Part shown: positions 14,715 through 20,000 of the stretch, piece by piece
How the letters are laid out: each line of letters begins with the position of its first letter
Numbering within the stretch: the stretch's first letter is position 1
Source: an uncultured virus (IMG/VR IMGVR_UViG_3300014819_000515)
Lineage: Duplodnaviria; Heunggongvirae; Uroviricota; Caudoviricetes
DNA: 20,000 bases
Reading direction: 5' to 3' (one strand)
IMG/VR virus record: IMGVR_UViG_3300014819_000515
Notes under the pieces: generated by a model
Databases searched by the model: none
Told to the model about the DNA's origin: nothing
The model's input: the letters and a program-made list of their open reading frames with translations, nothing else
Position numbers and translations under genes: made by a program

Positions 14715-17018
14715 TTATATTTTACACGATTCACAATCGTCATCTTCCTTTGTTATTGTTTCTGGCACGTTGTCTTTAAAACCTACTGGATGTGCCGGTT
14801 CATCCTCATCTCTCTTACCATCATATGTATTTTGGTAATAGGACGTTTTCCAACCATACTTATAGGTTGTTAATAGATCGTTAATCATTTCTGATAATGG
14901 TGTCTGTCCACTATCATAATTTTCTGGATTATATGACCAGTTACCACTTATTGCCTGGTCAAAATACTTTTGCATTACTGCAACTACATTTATATATCCT
15001 TCATTTGATTTCATATCCCAAAGTAAGGTATAAAAATTCTTCAATTGGTTATAATTAGGCACCACTTGTTTCAATGGCCCTTTCTTAGATTTCTTTATAG
15101 ACAAGTAATCTCTAGGTGGTTCTATACCATTTGTTTCATTAGATACAACACTTGAAGATTCTGATGGCATTTGAGCCGAGAGTGTGCTATGTCGAAGGCC
15201 AGTCTCAACAATATCCTTCCTCAATTTCTCCCAATTAAATGATAGTTTTCTGGTAACTATTTCGTCTACCTCTTTTTTATAGGTATCAATTGGTAAGATA
15301 CCATCAGAATATTTTGTACGATTAAAGTACTCACACTTACCTTTTTCTTTTGCTAATTGATTGCTGGCTTTCAATAGATAGTATTGGAATGCTTCAGTTA
15401 ATTCATCTACTAATTTCCAAGCTGCCTTCTCGTGGTAGAATACTTTTTCTCTTGCAAGATAGTGTGCTAGACCGATATAACCTATGCCTAAACTTCTTCT
15501 GGCCTTTGTAGATAATTCTGCTGCTTTAACCGGATATTCTTGGTGATCTATAATTTCATCTAACGATCTTACTGATAGATCACATAATGATTCTAATTCA
15601 TCAAAGTCTTTTAATATACCTAAATTGATTGCTGATAATATACATAATGCAATCTCTCCATCACCATCTATATGTTGTAATGGTTTAGTGGGTAATGTAA
15701 TTTCTTGGCAAAGGTTTGACATTGTAATTGTATCTTTAAATGATGAGTGTGTATTGCAATGGTCTATATTCATAATATAGATACGGCCTGTTTCTGCACG
15801 TTCTTTTAATAAACTTTGTATTAATTCTTGTGCTGGTATTTTTTTCTTTTTGATAGATGTTTTCTTTTCATATTCTTCATATAACTTATCAAACTTATCT
15901 GTACCCCATGTATCATATAATTCAGGTACATCATGTGGTGAGAACAATGTTATTTGTTCATCATTAATAAATCTTTGATAAAATAATTTTGATAGTTGAA
16001 TTGAGTAATCTAATTTTCTTACTCTATTATCTTCTGAGCCTTTATTGTTTTTTAAAACTAAAATATCAGATATTTCTTGGTGCCATATAGGAAAGTGAAC
16101 TGTTGCACTACCACCTCTTACACCGTTTTGTGTACAACATTTAACAGTTGCCTCAAACTTTTTAAGAAATGGTATTACACCAGTGTGCTGAACTTCACCA
16201 CCTCGTATGCGTGAATTAATCCCTCGTATGCGGCCTGCGTTAATTCCAATGCCTGCCCTTTGTGCAATATAACGTCCGATAGCCATGTCACCAGTAAATA
16301 TACTTGGTAGAGTATCATCAATATCAACAAGAACACAACTAGCATACTGCTTAACAGGAGTCCTAACACCAGCCATAACAGGAGTCGGAATATTAATTTT
16401 AAACCTTGAAATAGCATCATAATACTTTTTGACATATGTCATCCTTTTTTCTTTTGGGTATTTTGCAAATATCGTTGCTGATATAAGCATATACATAAAC
16501 TGAGGAGTTTCATAAATTTCACCTGAACTTCTATCTTGTACCAGGTATTTGTCTATTACTTGTCTTAACCCAGCGTATGTAAAATTGTAATCTCTTGTGT
16601 GGTCTATCCACATATTCATACGATCAAATTCTGACTTGTCGTACCATTTTAAAATATCTGCATCATAAACTTTTATCTCAACACCTTTTTTTGTGTGGTC
16701 ATATAAATGTGGATGGTCCCAAAGTTTTCTAAAAATACTTTTTCTTAAACTGAATAATAATAATCTAGCAGCAACGTATTGGTAATTAGGAGTTTCTAAT
16801 GAAATTAAATCTGAAGCTGACTTAATAAGAATTTGTTGTATCTGATCTGTAGATATGCCATCAAAAAATTGTAAACCACTTTTCATTTCAACTTGTGAAG
16901 CTGACACACCTGTTATATCTTCACAAGCAAACTCCACCATTTGGTGTATCTTTTCAATATTAAGAGGTTCTTTTTCTCTGGAGTTTCTTTTCTGTACTAA
17001 AATCTTTTCAGTTGTCAT
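14715..17018 (-). CDS. nrdA: ribonucleotide reductase class Ia alpha subunit with ATP cone
   Basis: N-terminal VQKR ATP cone, ASCVL, SNLCQEI, ALCIL, KTSYY and C-terminal CESC; no intein or intron visible. Confidence 0.98.
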   Translation of the reverse strand: MTTEKILVQKRNSREKEPLNIEKIHQMVEFACEDITGVSASQVEMKSGLQFFDGISTDQIQQILIKSASDLISLETPNYQYVAARLLLFSLRKSIFRKLWDHPHLYDHTKKGVEIKVYDADILKWYDKSEFDRMNMWIDHTRDYNFTYAGLRQVIDKYLVQDRSSGEIYETPQFMYMLISATIFAKYPKEKRMTYVKKYYDAISRFKINIPTPVMAGVRTPVKQYASCVLVDIDDTLPSIFTGDMAIGRYIAQRAGIGINAGRIRGINSRIRGGEVQHTGVIPFLKKFEATVKCCTQNGVRGGSATVHFPIWHQEISDILVLKNNKGSEDNRVRKLDYSIQLSKLFYQRFINDEQITLFSPHDVPELYDTWGTDKFDKLYEEYEKKTSIKKKKIPAQELIQSLLKERAETGRIYIMNIDHCNTHSSFKDTITMSNLCQEITLPTKPLQHIDGDGEIALCILSAINLGILKDFDELESLCDLSVRSLDEIIDHQEYPVKAAELSTKARRSLGIGYIGLAHYLAREKVFYHEKAAWKLVDELTEAFQYYLLKASNQLAKEKGKCEYFNRTKYSDGILPIDTYKKEVDEIVTRKLSFNWEKLRKDIVETGLRHSTLSAQMPSESSSVVSNETNGIEPPRDYLSIKKSKKGPLKQVVPNYNQLKNFYTLLWDMKSNEGYINVVAVMQKYFDQAISGNWSYNPENYDSGQTPLSEMINDLLTTYKYGWKTSYYQNTYDGKRDEDEPAHPVGFKDNVPETITKEDDDCESCKI

Positions 17019-18019
17019 ATACTACATTTCTTCCAGGTGTTTAGTTTACTTAATGCGGATAACTTATTGTGTGTATTGTTACTTATAATAGTTTGAACCT
17101 CTGGAATTGTCTTACCAGATATAATTAAATCGTTAATATCTTTACATTTTGTATCATCTGGCCAGATAAAAATATTATAATTGCTGTCTATTATTTTATA
17201 CATACGTTTTACTATTTCTTTATTACGAGGTTCATTATCAAAGATGTAAGTTACATTATCAGGATTTGTTTTCAATGTCAAGTCTGCACCTGCGGCTGCC
17301 AAACAATTATCTATAAATAAACTATCAATAGGGCCTTCTGTTATGTATATATGCTTTTGAAAATTAACTCTTTCTAAACCATAAACCTTTTGTTTAGATT
17401 CGTCTAATTTAATAGTTAAATATTTTGGTTGTTCATTACCGAATGCTCTACCTTGAAATGCAAATAAATTACCAGTTGTATCATAGAAAGGTATTATCAA
17501 TCTTGGATGTTCACCTGTAAAATTATTAAATGTATCTGGTTTAATTTTATTAACTAAAGACATAAACTCCATACTTAAATGTAATACATCAAAATACTTT
17601 TCTGGTATTTTTCTTTTAACAACATACTTTCTGGCAGGATGAGCAGCAGGTAAATCTGCAATTGTAGGTAAATCTTCTATGATATTTACTTCTTTAAACA
17701 CTGGTGGTTTAAAATCAAACTTTGGTTCTGGTGTTGCTGGTGCCGAGCCTTTATATCTTTCCAATGTATATTCACTATGTAATTTAGCATCTAAAAACTT
17801 AATGAAGTTGGCCAGATTTTGGCCCATACCACAGTTGTGGCATTTAAAGAACATATCGTTCTTAACTCTATAAAGATAGGCTCTTGCTTTTGTTTTATTC
17901 TTCTGTGAATCGCCACAGTGAGGACATCTAAAATTAAATAAATGGTCGTTTTTTCTTTTGAATTTACTTAACCTAGACGATAGAATATTAATAAATTTTA
18001 GATCAATATAAGATGACAT
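17015..18019 (-). CDS. gp61: T4 gp61-like DNA primase
   Basis: Zn finger CPHCGDS...CHNC, FQGR, and TOPRIM motifs ITEGPID, FDNE, KDIND. Confidence 0.96.
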   Translation of the reverse strand: MSSYIDLKFINILSSRLSKFKRKNDHLFNFRCPHCGDSQKNKTKARAYLYRVKNDMFFKCHNCGMGQNLANFIKFLDAKLHSEYTLERYKGSAPATPEPKFDFKPPVFKEVNIIEDLPTIADLPAAHPARKYVVKRKIPEKYFDVLHLSMEFMSLVNKIKPDTFNNFTGEHPRLIIPFYDTTGNLFAFQGRAFGNEQPKYLTIKLDESKQKVYGLERVNFQKHIYITEGPIDSLFIDNCLAAAGADLTLKTNPDNVTYIFDNEPRNKEIVKRMYKIIDSNYNIFIWPDDTKCKDINDLIISGKTIPEVQTIISNNTHNKLSALSKLNTWKKCSI

Positions 18020-18031
18020 AACACAGTATCT

Positions 18032-18060
18032 AATATACTATACTTTGTCTTATTTGTCAA
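18032..18060 (-). promoter_or_regulatory. sigma70-type promoter TTGACA-N17-TATATT for the primase-nrd operon
   Basis: Near-perfect consensus filling the 42-bp intergenic gap; the 30-bp upstream motif is absent. Confidence 0.75.
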
Positions 18061-18061
18061 C

Positions 18062-18493
18062 CTAGTTAAATAGGCTTAATAGTTTATTGAAGTCTTTAGT
18101 TATTAGAAATACTATTACTATGGCCGCACCTACTAATATCCATCTGGCCTTTTCTAACATGCCTACTCTACTGCCTATATCGTTTCGTAATGCTTTTATT
18201 TCTATGAGTAATCTTCTTTCTACTTGACTGATTTCTCTTTGCAATTCTCTATAGACACTATCAATTTCATCAGCTCTATCTTTAATCTTTTCAAATATAA
18301 TCTCGTCTGTTTTTTCTTGACGTTCTATTTTAACTTCATGCACAGCCAGCATTGATTTAATAGATGTAGAAACATCTGTTAGCTTCTCAATAGCCGTATC
18401 TAAACGATTATTAATATTACCAACGTTTTCAAGGTCTCTCTTTATGCCTTCTATTTCTACTCTTAAATCTACTGTTCCGTTATTTTCTGCCAT
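18062..18493 (-). CDS. coiled-coil protein with one C-terminal transmembrane helix
   Basis: Heptad-like N-terminal region followed by WILVGAAIVIVFLI. Confidence 0.75.
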   Translation of the reverse strand: MAENNGTVDLRVEIEGIKRDLENVGNINNRLDTAIEKLTDVSTSIKSMLAVHEVKIERQEKTDEIIFEKIKDRADEIDSVYRELQREISQVERRLLIEIKALRNDIGSRVGMLEKARWILVGAAIVIVFLITKDFNKLLSLFN

Positions 18494-18539
18494 ATTTTTT
18501 CTATCTCGTTAGAGATGTTTTTAGTCAGCAATTTAAAAA

Positions 18540-18686
18540 TTACTTTGGTACGCTAGGCGTAGGTATGTATTTTTTGCTGTTACTTATATTTATGTTAATT
18601 AGCTCGTCTATATGTGCCCATTGGGCGCCTATCAAAATACTCAAAATAAAAAATATAACGGTTATTATTTTGTAAACTTTTGACAT
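18540..18686 (-). CDS. candidate 48-aa membrane mini-protein (MSKVYKIITVIFFILSILIGAQWAHIDELININISNSKKYIPTPSVPK)
   Basis: Manual translation with a clear TM segment; no obvious RBS; competes with the frame at 18595..18699. Confidence 0.4.
   Translation of the reverse strand: MSKVYKIITVIFFILSILIGAQWAHIDELININISNSKKYIPTPSVPK
18587..18593 (-). promoter_or_regulatory. possible late promoter ATAAATA upstream of 18062..18493
   Basis: 7 of 8 match to T4 TATAAATA, about 95 bp upstream of the start codon. Confidence 0.4.
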
Positions 18687-18699
18687 AATTGGAATACAT
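18595..18699 (-). CDS. candidate 34-aa mini-protein (MYSNYVKSLQNNNRYIFYFEYFDRRPMGTYRRAN)
   Basis: Manual translation; AAGGAG upstream with rather long spacing. Confidence 0.4.
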   Translation of the reverse strand: MYSNYVKSLQNNNRYIFYFEYFDRRPMGTYRRAN

Positions 18700-18719
18700 T
18701 TGTACTCTTTTCTCCTTTG

Positions 18720-18782
18720 TTATTCTTTTATTATAATATACCCGGCGACAACAATGATTATTACGGAAATTAAAATTTCCAT
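18720..18782 (-). CDS. 20-aa hydrophobic peptide (MEILISVIIIVVAGYIIIKE)
   Basis: Manual translation; GAGGT RBS; single TM-length helix. Confidence 0.6.
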   Translation of the reverse strand: MEILISVIIIVVAGYIIIKE

Positions 18783-18812
18783 ATTACCTCTTTTGTTATG
18801 TTAGATTGTTTA

Positions 18813-19025
18813 CTACGCTACTTTAGTAAATAGTTGTTGATTATGCATAAGTCGTAGTCTTTCCATTTTCCATAGTTTGGTTAATGTTCGTCTTTTTCTT
18901 CTCTCTTTTTGTTTTCTAATCTTTATCCAGTTTAAATTTAATAAGTATAATTTAAGTTTCTTTTCATTTCTAATTTGTCTCTTTGCTATCTTTCTTAACT
19001 TTCTTACTTGTAGTAGGGTTAACAT
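18813..19025 (-). CDS. very basic (Lys/Arg-rich) 70-aa protein
   Basis: In the ORF track; overlaps the cyclase 3' end by 56 bp. Confidence 0.55.
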   Translation of the reverse strand: MLTLLQVRKLRKIAKRQIRNEKKLKLYLLNLNWIKIRKQKERRKRRTLTKLWKMERLRLMHNQQLFTKVA

Positions 19026-20000
19026 TGTTATCCTTTACTGTGTAGATTGATACCATATTTGATTTGCCTTTTACTTGTACATCATCTAATTTAGAAAAGT
19101 TGAATTGATTTGAAATGTCTTTATAAGTATCTTCGCCAACGACTAATGTAGCATCATAGTTTTTACTCACGCCTTCTAATCTACTTGCTAGATTAACAGC
19201 ATCTCCTAGTACTGAATAGTCAAACCTTTGATTACTACCCATATTGCCAACAACGGCCTTTCCCGAGTTAATACCTATACCAATATTTAGTTTATCGCCG
19301 AACTCACCAGAGTCGTTTAATTCTTTAAGTTTATCAATCATTTCTAACGCCGTTTTGACTGCCATCTCTCTATGATTTGGACAATCTAATGGTGCGTTCC
19401 AAAATGCCATAATACAATCTCCCATATACTTGTCAATTGTTCCTTCGTTTTTCATAATTATCTCGGTCATTGGTGTTAAAAATTTATTAATGACTACTGT
19501 TAACCCTTGTGGATTAGATTGATACTTTTCTGATATAGGAGTAAAGCCTCTTATGTCGCAAAATAAAAATGTTAACTCTTTTGTTTCACCACCTAATTTT
19601 AATAATTCAGGATTGTCTTGTAATCTCTTTACCATTTTAGGTTCTAAGTAATGTTCAAATTGTTTTTTAATTTGTTGTTTCTGTAAATATTCACTAATAA
19701 ATTTTATACCATATGCGTGTAACATTACAAGAACTAATCCTACAATAATTAATGTTGCATCTATTAACCAAAGATTATGAATATAAAAATATTTACTTAA
19801 AGGAACTATAGAAATAATCATAACAACTCCTGTTACTATACCAACATACACCCATCTACTTAATATTAATAACAATAAAGATAATATAACTAAACTTATT
19901 ACTTCAACTCCTTCTGCCCAATCAGGCCTTTTAATATTAACTTTATTAATCATTGTACCTATTACTGCGGCCTGTAAGTCTTGTGGCCAAACTGGCCCTA
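18970..20000 (-). CDS. membrane-bound class III adenylate cyclase, probably with a CHASE2 sensor; 5'-truncated by the window edge
   Basis: LFCDIRGFT, IDKYMGDCIMA, GIGINSG and DYSVLGDAVNLASRLE; about three TM helices. The frame stays open from 19953 to the edge (GPVWPQDLQAAVIGT). Confidence 0.92.
   Translation of the reverse strand, partial: GPVWPQDLQAAVIGTMINKVNIKRPDWAEGVEVISLVILSLLLLILSRWVYVGIVTGVVMIISIVPLSKYFYIHNLWLIDATLIIVGLVLVMLHAYGIKFISEYLQKQQIKKQFEHYLEPKMVKRLQDNPELLKLGGETKELTFLFCDIRGFTPISEKYQSNPQGLTVVINKFLTPMTEIIMKNEGTIDKYMGDCIMAFWNAPLDCPNHREMAVKTALEMIDKLKELNDSGEFGDKLNIGIGINSGKAVVGNMGSNQRFDYSVLGDAVNLASRLEGVSKNYDATLVVGEDTYKDISNQFNFSKLDDVQVKGKSNMVSIYTVKDNNVNPTTSKKVKKDSKETN

Noticed and set aside
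16201..16232. Direct repeat CCTCGTATGCG x2
   Set aside because: Encodes the RIRG..RIRG segment of the NrdA specificity region, so the protein sequence explains it.
16175..16435. 86-aa hydrophobic ORF nested in nrdA
   Set aside because: Leu-rich frame-shift artefact expected from T-ending codon bias in a conserved gene; no evident RBS.
13609..17018. Introns, inteins or homing endonucleases in nrdA/nrdB; alternative genetic code
   Set aside because: Both genes are continuous and of normal length. TAA, TAG and TGA all act as stops at gene junctions.
904..17873. Plus-strand ORFs in the track (904, 1113, 2541, 6301, 10487, 14291, 16855, 17679)
   Set aside because: They are antisense shadows of well-supported minus-strand genes, with no recognisable motifs.
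1..20000. tRNA or rRNA genes
   Set aside because: No cloverleaf or T-loop signature was seen in the short intergenic gaps, by eye only. tRNAscan-SE would be decisive.

Overview
AT-rich, gene-dense phage DNA with essentially all genes on the minus strand. It is a T4-like myovirus: T4-type RNase H, gp61 primase, class Ia NrdA/NrdB, glutaredoxin, sigma70-type promoters and a TATAAATA late-promoter box. The host is most plausibly a low-GC alphaproteobacterium of the SAR11 type (inference). In transcription order (right to left) the window holds a membrane class III adenylate cyclase truncated by the edge, tiny membrane and basic ORFs, primase, nrdA and nrdB. Next come an APS-kinase-like/HxGH nucleotidyltransferase fusion, a Zn-ribbon mini-protein and a RuvC-like nuclease. 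These are followed by a ParB/Srx-like protein, an FkbM methyltransferase, five glycosyltransferase-like genes, a cluster of small early-type ORFs, a lipoprotein/17-kDa-surface-antigen module, glutaredoxin, an HTH protein and RNase H. The main non-coding signals are a 30-bp motif repeated three times at 10, 10 and 20 bp upstream of the -35 box of three promoters (IHF-consensus-like, twice in back-to-back form), an exact alphaproteobacterial LexA box (GTTC-N7-GTTC) beside one copy, and a GC-rich structured leader before the HTH gene. Several small ORFs absent from the supplied track were found by manual translation. All product calls come from motif recognition by eye; no database search was run.
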